A stretch of DNA of 57,621 bases from Sphingomonadaceae bacterium. GTDB lineage: Bacteria > Pseudomonadota > Alphaproteobacteria > Sphingomonadales > Sphingomonadaceae. Below, one piece after another: positions 1 through 9,323 of the stretch. A program made the translations under genes and the position numbers. The stretch spans positions 1 to 57,621 of the forward strand of contig JABDLY010000024.1 in assembly GCA_013001755.1 (NCBI GenBank), in the 5' to 3' direction. Below the pieces are notes generated by a model that was not told where the DNA came from, made no database searches, and was given only the letters and a program-made list of their open reading frames with translations. Within the stretch, counting starts at the first letter, position 1. Every line of letters starts with the position of its first letter.

Positions 1-54
1 TCGGTATCAGTCGTCTGATGCGTTCTACACTAAATTTGAGCTGAGACATGCGCC

Positions 55-68
55 TTGACGCGAATCAA
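55..68. promoter_or_regulatory. FNR/FixK box
   Basis: TTGAC-GCGA-ATCAA vs consensus TTGAT-N4-ATCAA, about 60 nt upstream of usp start, with TGTAAT-like -10 near 88-93. Confidence 0.8.
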
Positions 69-128
69 CTGACCACGTTCAAATCCTTGTAATTCGGTTC
101 TTTGCAAAGGGACCATCTGGAATTGCCG

Positions 129-947
129 ATGAAACAGATTCTCGTACACATGCACCAAGATGCCGGTCAGCGCAGTCGGCTGAACACCGCGGCATCGATT
201 GCCAAAATGACCGACGGGAAGCTCCTCTGCTGCCAGCCGACACATGTCCCGTGGATAGCACTGGAAGGCTATCCATTCATCATTCGGGCCGGATTGTCGG
301 AGAAGGAGGTGTGGGACGCTGCCGGCGAACACTGGCAAGAACATTATGAAGATATGTTGCCAGTTATCCAAAAATTGAACGTTCCCCATAGCTGGCTTCG
401 CGTTAGAGCCAAATCGGCAGAAGCGCTGATTGAGAAAGCTCCATTGGCCGATCTGACAATCGTCAGCCTCGGCCGAAACCCCGTCGACAATATGGATTCC
501 CCGACGTTTGTGGCGGACGTGATATCGGGGGCTGGCGGCCCGGTACTCGCCCTTCCCGAAGCAATCGAGAATTTCGATCCTAACGGCCCTGCCGTAATTG
601 CGTGGGACGGATCGAATGAAGCGGGGAAAGCTTTGCGCGCCAGCCTGCCGCTGCTCAAGCATTCGCGCCACATCCTCGTGCTTTGCATTGGTGAAGTAGA
701 TCGGCGGAGTTACAGCACGCAGGACGCCGCCGAATATCTGGAATTATACGGGCTTTCGGCTGAAGTCCGGGATGTGCCGAAACGTGGTAAAATCGCCAAC
801 CGGCTGCTCGCCATCGCCAAGGCCGAGAAGGCCGCGATGCTGGTTATGGGCGCGTACAGCCATTCGAGAGCGCGAGAGATGGTATTGGGAGGAGAAACCC
901 GGAGGATGCTTGAGCAACGCCAGGTTGCAGTGTTTTTCACGCACTAG
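129..947 (+). CDS. Universal stress protein (tandem UspA domains)
   Basis: MKQILVH start; IAWDGSNEA and LVMGAYSHSRAREMVLGG motifs. Confidence 0.9.
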   Translation: MKQILVHMHQDAGQRSRLNTAASIAKMTDGKLLCCQPTHVPWIALEGYPFIIRAGLSEKEVWDAAGEHWQEHYEDMLPVIQKLNVPHSWLRVRAKSAEALIEKAPLADLTIVSLGRNPVDNMDSPTFVADVISGAGGPVLALPEAIENFDPNGPAVIAWDGSNEAGKALRASLPLLKHSRHILVLCIGEVDRRSYSTQDAAEYLELYGLSAEVRDVPKRGKIANRLLAIAKAEKAAMLVMGAYSHSRAREMVLGGETRRMLEQRQVAVFFTH

Positions 948-1318
948 CTGGATACGAAGAATGTGCTTCCGTATCGGAAAATTCCGGCGGCTATCGCCAT
1001 CGGGTCGCCGTGCCCCAACTTTCCCGGAGTTCGACATCATCCCTCGCATCTCGCGGCGATTCGGCGGAAAGCTGGGAATAGCGCTTCGTTTCTTATGCAC
1101 TCGCCTCCAGTCGTTCTCGAATTGTGAGCGACGATGCTTTTGATGGACGATGCGATGCGGAACTGACTCCGCATTGCATTCGATCGCCGCCATACACCGT
1201 GAAATCTCGATCGAGCCGCCGAGCAATCGGACATCGCCATCTAGGTATTATCCACGACTCCATATCGGTTGGAATCATGTCACCTAAACCGACATGAATT
1301 ATCCTCCGGGAGAACGTC

Positions 1319-1963
1319 ATGTTGCTTGAAAAATCTCGTCAATTCGCGGCTCCGTCAAAATCCCGATGCGAACCTGCATCTTCGCATGCATTGTTGCATT
1401 CGGGTCAAACGCTGTTCTGGGAGGGCGATGATGCAAGCAAGATTTTCAGGATCGAAGCCGGCGCGATACGAGCCGTTATCTATGGCGAAGATGGCGAGCG
1501 CCAGCTCATAGGCTTTTTCATGGGTGGAAACGAAATCGGGATGCCATCGCATGGTTGTTATCAATACACTGCCGAAGCCATCACCGACGTAGTATATAGT
1601 ACGGTGCCCGTTGAATCCTGGTCCGATCGATTGCGGTCCGCCCGTGCACTGGACAAAGAAGTGTTCGGCGCTCTCGAATGCGAACTGGATTCCTGCCGCG
1701 TTCGCAGTCAGCTGTTGTCGAGACAGGGGGCGTTGACCCGCATTTGTGCTTTTCTCTCCGGACTTTGCCAGCGTCTGGGCTCCGATGAAGCTTTCACCGT
1801 ACCCATGCCCCAGATCGACATTGCGGCCTATCTTGCGCTGACGCCTGAGACGGTCTGTCGGGCGATACGGAAGTTAAAGGATATCGGTATGATCGAAATA
1901 GACCGGCATGATCATATTCGAGTGAAAGATGCGCGAGCATTGGTGCCGATGATGACGCATTGA
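1319..1963 (+). CDS. Crp/Fnr family transcriptional regulator, FixK-like
   Basis: LFWEGD...DGERQLIGF cNMP-like domain; HTH DIAAYLALTPETVCR; no N-terminal FNR Cys cluster; GGGAGA SD. Confidence 0.85.
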   Translation: MLLEKSRQFAAPSKSRCEPASSHALLHSGQTLFWEGDDASKIFRIEAGAIRAVIYGEDGERQLIGFFMGGNEIGMPSHGCYQYTAEAITDVVYSTVPVESWSDRLRSARALDKEVFGALECELDSCRVRSQLLSRQGALTRICAFLSGLCQRLGSDEAFTVPMPQIDIAAYLALTPETVCRAIRKLKDIGMIEIDRHDHIRVKDARALVPMMTH

Positions 1964-1985
1964 ACTGGCCGATATTCGGCGGCGC

Positions 1986-2297
1986 CTAGTGCGCTCCATG
2001 AGAAAGCTCCGACCGTCGGTCCTCCAACCTGATCGGCGGTCTTTGGGTTTCGAGTAGCGGGATCCGCATATCGAGGATGATGATTTCCACTAAGCGGGCC
2101 GACATGGCTTCGCCTGATGAAAACAAAGCGCCGCTGACTTGATCTCGCTCAATTCGCGGGTGCGAAATGCTGATATCGATGCAATTGCCCGATAAAGAGT
2201 TGAAGGCAGAAACGATCGGTCGAAGCGCAAGCCTAGTCGATATGACGCCATTCGACGATGACATATCAGGTGGGGGCCTGCAGCACCGGATCGACAT
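1986..2297 (-). CDS. Hypothetical protein (alternative 39-aa version starting at 2105)
   Basis: Only ORF filling the gap; no recognisable family. Confidence 0.25.
   Translation of the reverse strand: MSIRCCRPPPDMSSSNGVISTRLALRPIVSAFNSLSGNCIDISISHPRIERDQVSGALFSSGEAMSARLVEIIILDMRIPLLETQRPPIRLEDRRSELSHGAH
2139..2152. promoter_or_regulatory. FNR/FixK-like box
   Basis: TTGAT-CTCG-CTCAA, 9/10 match to consensus. Confidence 0.5.
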
Positions 2298-2401
2298 CCT
2301 TCTAGGAGACTGATCTGAGTTGCCTGCAGGCCCTTCCTTCTATTTCTTATCAGCGAGCACTATCCGTTGGGCAGCGCCATCAGGATCGCCGAACTGGGCC
2401 G

Positions 2402-3286
2402 TCAGCCCTCAATCGTATCTTGATCGGAATATTGGCAGAAGGGGTCGTCACGATCGAAGCGAGCGGCGGCGAGCCGCTCCGGCGATTGGATCCGAGCCAC
2501 GTCGCGGCGATATATGTCGGGATAGAATTCGATAGTTTCGTCGGATCGGGGCACAGCTGTAAAATAGCTGACATAGACCTGGATCGGCTGATCAAGAGAA
2601 ACCGTCCGGGTGCGCCCACTCTGAACAATGCTGTCCACGCGCTCGCGGTTCCAGGCGGGATCGACGGATGCCAGTGCAGTGACAAAATCGAGCGCGTCGC
2701 CGACGCGGACGCAGCCGTGGCTAAGCGCACGTGCCTCGCGTTCGAACAATGAGCGATTCGATGTGTCGTGAAGGAAAACACTATGGGGATTGGGCATGAT
2801 CAGTTTCATGCGGCCAAGCGCATTGCCCGGCCCCGGCCGCTGGCGATAACGGCCATTCTGATAGACATAACCGCGCTGGGCTGCGCGGCGAGGATTATTC
2901 CGCACCATTGATGCGATGCCCTCTGCCGCGATACTGGACGGTATCTCCCACCAGGGATTGAGTATCACTCCAGATACCGTCGCGCTGAATTCGGGCGTCG
3001 GTGTACGCGTCGTGCCAACAATCACCGGCCATCGTTGAATGACACGGTACCCATCCCACAATGTCACATCGAAAGCCGCCGCGTTCACGATCAGATATCG
3101 ACCGTCAAAATTACCATTCAGCCGCCGCCAACGATCGATGTTGGCAGCCAATATGGCGCGTGTGGCCGGGCTTTCCTCACGCTCGTAGGCGTCGATCAAT
3201 GCCGAATGGTGAGGATGGATTTCGCTTTGTGCAACCGACGCTGAAGTCATGGAAATCAAAACGAGGAAAAAGGTCAATCTGATCAT
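2402..3286 (-). CDS. L,D-transpeptidase (YcbB/YkuD-like) with signal peptide
   Basis: VIVG...NPWWEIPSSI, PGPGNALGRMKL, FLHDT...SHGCVRV catalytic motif; GGAGAGGGAG SD before MIRLTFF. Confidence 0.9.
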   Translation of the reverse strand: MIRLTFFLVLISMTSASVAQSEIHPHHSALIDAYEREESPATRAILAANIDRWRRLNGNFDGRYLIVNAAAFDVTLWDGYRVIQRWPVIVGTTRTPTPEFSATVSGVILNPWWEIPSSIAAEGIASMVRNNPRRAAQRGYVYQNGRYRQRPGPGNALGRMKLIMPNPHSVFLHDTSNRSLFEREARALSHGCVRVGDALDFVTALASVDPAWNRERVDSIVQSGRTRTVSLDQPIQVYVSYFTAVPRSDETIEFYPDIYRRDVARIQSPERLAAARFDRDDPFCQYSDQDTIEG

Positions 3287-3321
3287 GGGCTCCCTCTCCG
3301 CGAACGCCGGCATTCGAACAA

Positions 3322-3335
3322 TAAGTGGTTCTACT
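3322..3335 (-). promoter_or_regulatory. Island motif copy (candidate FixJ site)
   Basis: AGTA-GAACCA-CTTA on minus strand between divergent ldt and usp. Confidence 0.5.
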
Positions 3336-3403
3336 TATGTCGCGATTGCGCCGGATGCTGCCATATTGGCGTGAGAACGAGACGGGTTTTTGGGAGAGTA
3401 GCG

Positions 3404-4210
3404 GTGAAATCAATCCTTCTGCATGTATATGAAGACCGCGAATTCGAAACACGCTTTCAGGCGGCGCTTGATCTCGCACGGACATTCAACGGCCACATCA
3501 CATGTCTGCACGCTACACCCTTCGAAGATTATCTCGCCACCGATCCGTTCATGGTGGCGGCGCTTCCGGTAGAATTCTCGACCAAGATGCAAAAGAAGCG
3601 CGACGCGCTTCAAGCGTCGATACAAGACGAGATCGAGAACGAAGACGTCTCCTGGGACTGGATCCACAAGGACGATCTGATTTCAGACGCCTTGATCCGG
3701 CATTCGGTGTTGAGCGACGTGATTGTGGTGAGCAGCGCCGTCCGCGACCAATATAAGGACGATGCGCGCGCGGTCGTCGGCAAGGTCATTACGCATGCCA
3801 AGGCCCCGGTACTTTCGATACCTTCCAAGCTGAAGCGTCTTGACCTGAAGAAACCTGCAATCGTCGCATGGAACGGCAAACCCGAAGCTGCCGCTGCGCT
3901 GCGCCAAGGACTGCCTCTGCTAAAATTCGCCTCAAGCGTGCACCTTGTATCTGTTGGCGATCGTCTCCTAGCGTATCCACCGGATAGGGCCGCCCGATAC
4001 CTGTCACGCCACGGCGTCAAGTCCGAAATCGTCTCGCGACCTATTGGCGAGAACGTCAGCTCGTCGCTTCAAGATGCGGCCAGGGAATTCTCGGCGGGTC
4101 TGCTTGTAATGGGTGGATATGGCCACTCGCGGCTGCGCGAATATTTCCTCGGGGGAGTGACGCGCGAACTGCTGGAAACCAGCCCAGTTCCGATGCTGTT
4201 TGGGCATTAG
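3404..4210 (+). CDS. Universal stress protein
   Basis: GTG start after GGGAGAG; KSILLHV, IVAWNG, LVMGGYGHSRLREYFLGGVT. Confidence 0.9.
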   Translation: MKSILLHVYEDREFETRFQAALDLARTFNGHITCLHATPFEDYLATDPFMVAALPVEFSTKMQKKRDALQASIQDEIENEDVSWDWIHKDDLISDALIRHSVLSDVIVVSSAVRDQYKDDARAVVGKVITHAKAPVLSIPSKLKRLDLKKPAIVAWNGKPEAAAALRQGLPLLKFASSVHLVSVGDRLLAYPPDRAARYLSRHGVKSEIVSRPIGENVSSSLQDAAREFSAGLLVMGGYGHSRLREYFLGGVTRELLETSPVPMLFGH

Positions 4211-4348
4211 CGGCTTATCATGCTGACGGACGATTTTCAGCCCAGGCACGCGATATTCTGCGGGTTATGGCGGCAGTTCCCAAGCGCAGCCGCGAAGCTG
4301 AAGGATGCTCGACCACCGCTGCCGTCACCGTTTCAATAGGAGGAACAA

Positions 4349-5038
4349 CTGGCCCTGCAATCTCTTGACGGAACCCGGTGTGAAAACATTCGCGTTTGGG
4401 ACCTTCCGCTCCGGCTCTTCCATTGGTTGTTGGTCATCGCCATCGCCGTCGCCTTTCTTTCATCTGAAGAAGGCAGCCCGCTTTCCGATTGGCACATCGC
4501 TTCAGGCTGGATCGTGGCGGTTCTGATCGTCTTTCGGCTAGCCTAGGGTCTTATTGGCGGCGAGCATTCCCGCTTCTCGGATTTCGTCAAGCCTTCCGAC
4601 TTCAGCCACCACATAAAAGACCTCGTTCGCGCGCGCTCCAAACCGAGCCTCGGTCATAATGCGCTTGGCGCCGTCAGTGTGTTTATTTTGCTCGCGCTGA
4701 TTGGGGGGACCGTGTGGACAGGCATAATGATCGCCGAGGACGGAGGCGATGAAGTCCATGAATTGATCGCATATGCGCTGCTGGCATTCGTGGGGCTACA
4801 TATTCTTGCCGTCATCGCTATGTCGTTTCTCACGCGGGAGAGCCTGGTGAGAGCGATGTTCACGGGCAACAAGCCCGCCGAACGCCATCCGGCAGCCCGC
4901 GATGCCCGCCCGCCAGCGAGCTCAGCGTATTTCCTGGGGGCACTCGTCGTCGCCGGAACAATTCTCGCCATTATTGCCTATGATAACGCTGCGTTTCAGA
5001 TCCGTCCGATTGATTCCGTGGAACATGACGATCGATAA
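4349..5038 (+). pseudogene. Cytochrome b (HupC/HyaC-like b-type) with CTG start and internal TAG at 4544-4546
   Basis: One frame reads IRVWDLPLRLFHWLL...WHIASGW...FRLA*GLIGGEHSRFSDF...GHNALG...VHE...LHI; AGGAGG at 4338-4343 precedes in-frame CTG. Confidence 0.8.
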
Positions 5039-5152
5039 TCCGGCGCCGGCACGCAAGAAGCAGGCATCGACGACGATGAGCAGCGCGGTTGAATACGCCT
5101 CTCCACTGATTGAGATACGCAGCCGATCGGAGGACAGGCACGCCGTTTGAGA

Positions 5153-5166
5153 TAGGGACTATTACG
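5153..5166 (-). promoter_or_regulatory. Island motif copy (candidate FixJ site)
   Basis: CGTA-ATAGTC-CCTA on minus strand, upstream of second L,D-transpeptidase. Confidence 0.55.
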
Positions 5167-5227
5167 TAATTGGTTGAGATGTTTCGTTCATGGTAATTTG
5201 CGGCCCATGAAGAAAACTCCCGGAAAC

Positions 5228-5836
5228 ATGCAAGTCACGAGACGCACGCTGGTAGCGGGCGGTCTCGGTTTAGCCGCCGGCGTTAGCTCGCTTCCGCGAT
5301 CTGCCCTCGCCAATATGATGCCCCGGCAATTGTCTCCCAGACTGGCTACGTTGGCGATGGCTGCCCTTGAACGGCATCGAGGCAGTTTTTCGGCAAGCGA
5401 CCGGATTGGCATCGCCGATTTCTCCCAGCCATCGCGGGTGCCAAGGTTCCATATTCTCGACATGGATACCGGCGAAAGCCGTTCTTTGCTGGTCGCTCAC
5501 GGGCGCGGGTCGGACCCAAGCCATAGCGGCTGGCTTCGAAGCTTTTCCAACGAGCCGGGCTCAAACGCAACATCGGCGGGCGCTTACCTGACAGCGGCGT
5601 CCTATACAGGCAGCCATGGCTCGTCACGGCGTCTGATCGGCCTGGATCCGGAGAACGATAATGCCGAGGACCGCGCCATAGTCATTCACCCGGCCTGGTA
5701 TGCAAATCCGGAAATCGTCCGGCAACAGGGCAAGCTCGGCCGTAGCGAGGGATGCTTTGCCTTTGCCGAACGCGATATCGATTTGGTGCTGAGCCAGCTT
5801 GGCGAAGGCCGGATGATATACGCCAACCGCGTTTAG
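5228..5836 (+). CDS. Murein L,D-transpeptidase catalytic domain protein (YkuD_2-like), Tat-exported
   Basis: TRRTLV twin-arginine signal; VAHGRGSD, FSNEPGS, IVIH...GRSEGCFA; start could be 5207. Confidence 0.85.
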   Translation: MQVTRRTLVAGGLGLAAGVSSLPRSALANMMPRQLSPRLATLAMAALERHRGSFSASDRIGIADFSQPSRVPRFHILDMDTGESRSLLVAHGRGSDPSHSGWLRSFSNEPGSNATSAGAYLTAASYTGSHGSSRRLIGLDPENDNAEDRAIVIHPAWYANPEIVRQQGKLGRSEGCFAFAERDIDLVLSQLGEGRMIYANRV

Positions 5837-5863
5837 GCGTGTATGCCAGGCAAAAAGCCGATC

Positions 5864-5877
5864 CGTATATTCCCGTA
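5864..5877 (+). promoter_or_regulatory. Island motif copy (candidate FixJ site)
   Basis: CGTA-TATTCC-CGTA upstream of the SpoIIAA-like gene. Confidence 0.6.
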
Positions 5878-5947
5878 AATCTGAACAAGCGCCCGGGCGC
5901 TATGGCTTCCAGCTGACACATCGATTCTTAGCCGGCTGGAGGAAACC

Positions 5948-6727
5948 ATGCTCAAATTCATTCGCACCGACGACGACGTCATTGCTTTCCGGATGACGGG
6001 GCATGTCGATAGAGCCGAGGTAGAAGCGGTGCTCGACCGTCTCGAAAAAGCGCTCGATCTGCATCGAAAGACACACATGTTTGTGGAAATCGAGGCTTTC
6101 AAGGGGTTCGATGTTTCGGCGATCACGCACGATCTGACCCGCTCGCTCAAGCTTCTCGGCAAGCTCAAGCGCTTTGGCCGCGTGGCGATTGTGAGCGATA
6201 CAAGCTGGATCCGCTGGGCAAGCAAGGTGGAGAGCGCCTTGCTTCCGTTCGTCTCCTACGAAACTTTCAAAGCCGATGAACGGGACAAGGCGCTCGCCTG
6301 GGTAAAGGGTGAACAGCGCCTGCCGCATGGCGCTGCCATCAAAAAAATCGAGACCGACAGACCGAATGTGTTCGGGTTCGAGCTGGACGGAAAAATCAGC
6401 TCGGAAGAGCTCAAGGAAATTGCCGAAGAGTTTAATTCGATCTTGGACAAGGAAGAGAAGGTCAACGTCATCGCAAGGATCAAGACTTATGACGGCCTGG
6501 AACTCGAGGGCCTGCTGGAGAGTGATTTTTGGGCAATGAAGCTTGCGGGCTACAAGAAGCTTGACCGCTATGCCGTTGTCGGTGGGCCGGAGTGGATGAA
6601 GCGATGGGGCGATCTGCTCAGTCCGCTATTCCGGGTGAACATCCAGTTCTTCGACGAGGATGAAGAAGGCCAGGCTTGGGAATGGCTCAAGGCGAAACCC
6701 AGGATAGCGGAACCTGTCATCGCCTGA
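5948..6727 (+). CDS. Tandem STAS/SEC14 (SpoIIAA-like) domain protein
   Basis: Two repeats: RVAIVSD..W...A.AWV and RYAVVGG..W...AWEWL; GGAGG SD. Confidence 0.85.
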   Translation: MLKFIRTDDDVIAFRMTGHVDRAEVEAVLDRLEKALDLHRKTHMFVEIEAFKGFDVSAITHDLTRSLKLLGKLKRFGRVAIVSDTSWIRWASKVESALLPFVSYETFKADERDKALAWVKGEQRLPHGAAIKKIETDRPNVFGFELDGKISSEELKEIAEEFNSILDKEEKVNVIARIKTYDGLELEGLLESDFWAMKLAGYKKLDRYAVVGGPEWMKRWGDLLSPLFRVNIQFFDEDEEGQAWEWLKAKPRIAEPVIA

Positions 6728-6862
6728 TTGAACTGGTGTTGCCGGTGAACATGCCGCTGATCCTGACGCTCTTCCTTCTATCGAGCGCAAGTGACCGATT
6801 GCCGGTTCATCGTTTGAGCGGCAACCGCTTTGGCGGGCGATGCGGCCGCTGCGGTCCAAATG

Positions 6863-6876
6863 TGTAGATTCACCTA
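6863..6876 (+). promoter_or_regulatory. Island motif copy (candidate FixJ site)
   Basis: TGTA-GATTCA-CCTA upstream of fixL. Confidence 0.5.
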
Positions 6877-6931
6877 TTTGCGATTGTGTAAGGTGCCGCC
6901 TAGCGCATGTTGGAAAGGTGCTGGTCCATAG

Positions 6932-8101
6932 ATGAATATCGACACGAACGACTTGAAAGATGGCGACCGGAAACTGCCGATTACGCTTTCGAGCGGCGAA
7001 CATCTGCGCGCTATCATCGACACCGTCCCCGATGCGATGGTGGTCATCGATACCGAGGGTCGAATCCTCGCCTTTAGCGCAGGGGCGGAAAAAATGTTTG
7101 GCTATAGCGAGGCCGAACTTCTCGGTGAAAATGTCAGCACGTTAATGCCATCGCCGGATCGGGAGAGACATGACGGCTACATCAGCGCCTATCTCGAGAC
7201 AGGTATCAAGCGGATTATCGGAATCGGGCGGCTGACAACGGCCCGGCGGCGCAGCGGCGGCACGTTCCCCATCGATCTGTCGATTGGCGAAGCGCGGATC
7301 GGCAAAGACCGCGTTTTCGCCGGCTTCATTCGTGATCTCACGGAAAGCGAAAAAACCGAACAGCGGCTCCATGGTTTGCAGGCGGAGCTAGCGCATGTAT
7401 CACGTATCTCGGCCATGGGAACGCTCGCGACCTCCATAGCGCATGAGCTGAACCAGCCGCTCACGGCGATCGTCAATTATGTCGAGACCTGCCGCGATAT
7501 GCTTGATGATCACAGTCCTGAAACCATCGCCACTCTCAAGGACGCGCTAAGCGAATGCGCGAGCGAAACCATGCGCGCCGGCCAGATTGTCCGGCGGCTC
7601 CGCGATTTCATCTCGCGCGGAGAAATGGAGCGCCAGGTTGTCAGCCTCTCAAGGATCGTAAACGAAGCGAGCGCTCTGGCGCTGGTCAATGGCGACAGCA
7701 CAGTGGAGGTCGAAGTGGACCTTGAGCGAGATGTCGACCTGGTGCTCGCGGATCGAATTCAAATTCAGCAAGTCATCCTGAACCTGCTCCGCAATGCAGT
7801 CGAGGCGATGGAAAATTCACGCGTCAGGCGAATTCAGATCGTTAGCGAGCGCGCGGCCAATGGGTTCGTCCAGGTCACAATTGCAGACAGCGGGCCCGGT
7901 CTCGACGCAAAGGTTGCCGAGCGCCTGTTCCATCCCTTCGTCAGTACAAAGGCGAGCGGGATGGGCTTGGGTCTCTCGATTTGCCATACGATCGTCAACG
8001 GACATGGCGGCAAAATCTGGGCCGAACCCTCCCCTTTGGGAGGCACCAGTTTCCACTTCACGCTAATCGACGCTGAGCAGGGATCCGATGACGCAGAATA
8101 G
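6932..8101 (+). CDS. fixL: Heme-PAS oxygen sensor histidine kinase, soluble
   Basis: LMPSPDRERHDGYI...KRIIGIGR heme-PAS signature; AHELNQPL H-box; N, G1, G2 boxes. Confidence 0.93.
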   Translation: MNIDTNDLKDGDRKLPITLSSGEHLRAIIDTVPDAMVVIDTEGRILAFSAGAEKMFGYSEAELLGENVSTLMPSPDRERHDGYISAYLETGIKRIIGIGRLTTARRRSGGTFPIDLSIGEARIGKDRVFAGFIRDLTESEKTEQRLHGLQAELAHVSRISAMGTLATSIAHELNQPLTAIVNYVETCRDMLDDHSPETIATLKDALSECASETMRAGQIVRRLRDFISRGEMERQVVSLSRIVNEASALALVNGDSTVEVEVDLERDVDLVLADRIQIQQVILNLLRNAVEAMENSRVRRIQIVSERAANGFVQVTIADSGPGLDAKVAERLFHPFVSTKASGMGLGLSICHTIVNGHGGKIWAEPSPLGGTSFHFTLIDAEQGSDDAE

Positions 8102-8723
8102 CAACAATGTTTACCTCGTCGATGACGAAGACGCGATCAGGCGTTCGGCCAGCTTCATGCTCCGAACGTCGGGTTATGCGGTGGATGTATTCGAGTCGGG
8201 TGTGGCCTTCTTGAAGAATGTAAAGAATTTGGAACCCGGCTGCGTCTTGCTCGATATCCGAATGCCCGAAATGGACGGCCTCGATGTGCAAGAGGCACTC
8301 CAAGATCGTGGCATTCCTTTTCCAGTCATCGTGATGACCGGCCATGGCGACGTCGATGTCGCCGTCCGGGCGATGAAGGCCGGCGCGGTCGATTTCATAG
8401 AGAAGCCTTTTGCCAAGGAAGTGCTTCTCAGCGCTATCGAAGAAGGCTGCGCGCGGCTCATGGAGACCGGTCGCAAGCACAAGCGCGCCGATGAGGCGAA
8501 CCTTCGCATCCAGGCGCTGACGCCCCGCGAACAGGACGTATTGCACGGTCTGGTGAAAGGTCATCCAAACAAGACCATTGCCTATGATCTTGGCATCAGC
8601 CCGAGAACGGTGGAGATTCACCGGGCTAACCTGATGAGCAAACTCGAAGTGAACAGCCTTTCAGATGCCCTCCGCATTGCATTCGCGGCCGGCCTGGATG
8701 AGCAGATCGAGACCGACGGCTAA
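8088..8723 (+). CDS. fixJ: Response regulator FixJ
   Basis: Receiver (VDDE, LLDIRMP, FIEKPF) plus LuxR HTH SPRTVEIHRANLM; overlaps fixL. Confidence 0.93.
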   Translation: MTQNSNNVYLVDDEDAIRRSASFMLRTSGYAVDVFESGVAFLKNVKNLEPGCVLLDIRMPEMDGLDVQEALQDRGIPFPVIVMTGHGDVDVAVRAMKAGAVDFIEKPFAKEVLLSAIEEGCARLMETGRKHKRADEANLRIQALTPREQDVLHGLVKGHPNKTIAYDLGISPRTVEIHRANLMSKLEVNSLSDALRIAFAAGLDEQIETDG

Positions 8724-8804
8724 CCGCATACCGGCGCCGCGATCAGAAACCTGAAATTTCGGAATTTTCACGGGATTGTAATGCCACAGCCCGGCATATC
8801 GCCT

Positions 8805-9146
8805 TCATTCAGGCGTGTCGGGAAGATCGATAGTGCATTCCTGGATTGCTCTGGAAACGAACTGCCCGGCTTCCAGCGCCTGCATTTCGTTCAGATCTTC
8901 GCGCAGCCGCAAGGCCGTCCTTTCGTCTCCAGCAATTTTCGCGATCACGAAGCTGTGCGATTCCGGCGAAAGCCGTTGCGCCTGTTCGTCGAGACAGGCG
9001 CAAAGTTCGGCGGTCATGTCACCGTTTGAATTGCATGCAGCGGCGAAATCGCCCGGTCCCGGATCGCTGCTGTTGCAGGAGGCTGCAAAGAAAGTCGAAG
9101 CGATAAGGGCCGTGGAGCGGACGCAAGACGCGAAAATGAGACGCAT
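8805..9146 (-). CDS. Hypothetical lipoprotein
   Basis: FAASC lipobox-like signal; C...CAC...C pattern; SD-like GAAAGG. Confidence 0.55.
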   Translation of the reverse strand: MRLIFASCVRSTALIASTFFAASCNSSDPGPGDFAAACNSNGDMTAELCACLDEQAQRLSPESHSFVIAKIAGDERTALRLREDLNEMQALEAGQFVSRAIQECTIDLPDTPE

Positions 9147-9323
9147 GATCTGCCTTTCTTTCGAATTGGAAACCAGAATGGGCCGAAGGCCATGGTGCCG
9201 CCTATCCGTAATATTCCTGACCGCGCGCCGTTCAATTCCGCTAAAATGCACAGCTCAATCTTTGAACGTGAGCCCTCAGCCCTTCCGCCGGAAGCGGAGC
9301 GAGTTCCCGCAATCATTCTCGGG

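Noticed and set aside
948-1318. Small ORFs between the first usp and the Crp/Fnr gene
   Set aside because: No SD, motifs or coherent composition; treated as intergenic or decayed DNA
4544-4546. Programmed amber recoding (pyrrolysine or suppression) in the cytochrome b
   Set aside because: No pyl genes or suppressor tRNA seen; TAG is used as a normal stop in many genes here; a single TGG-to-TAG transition is simpler
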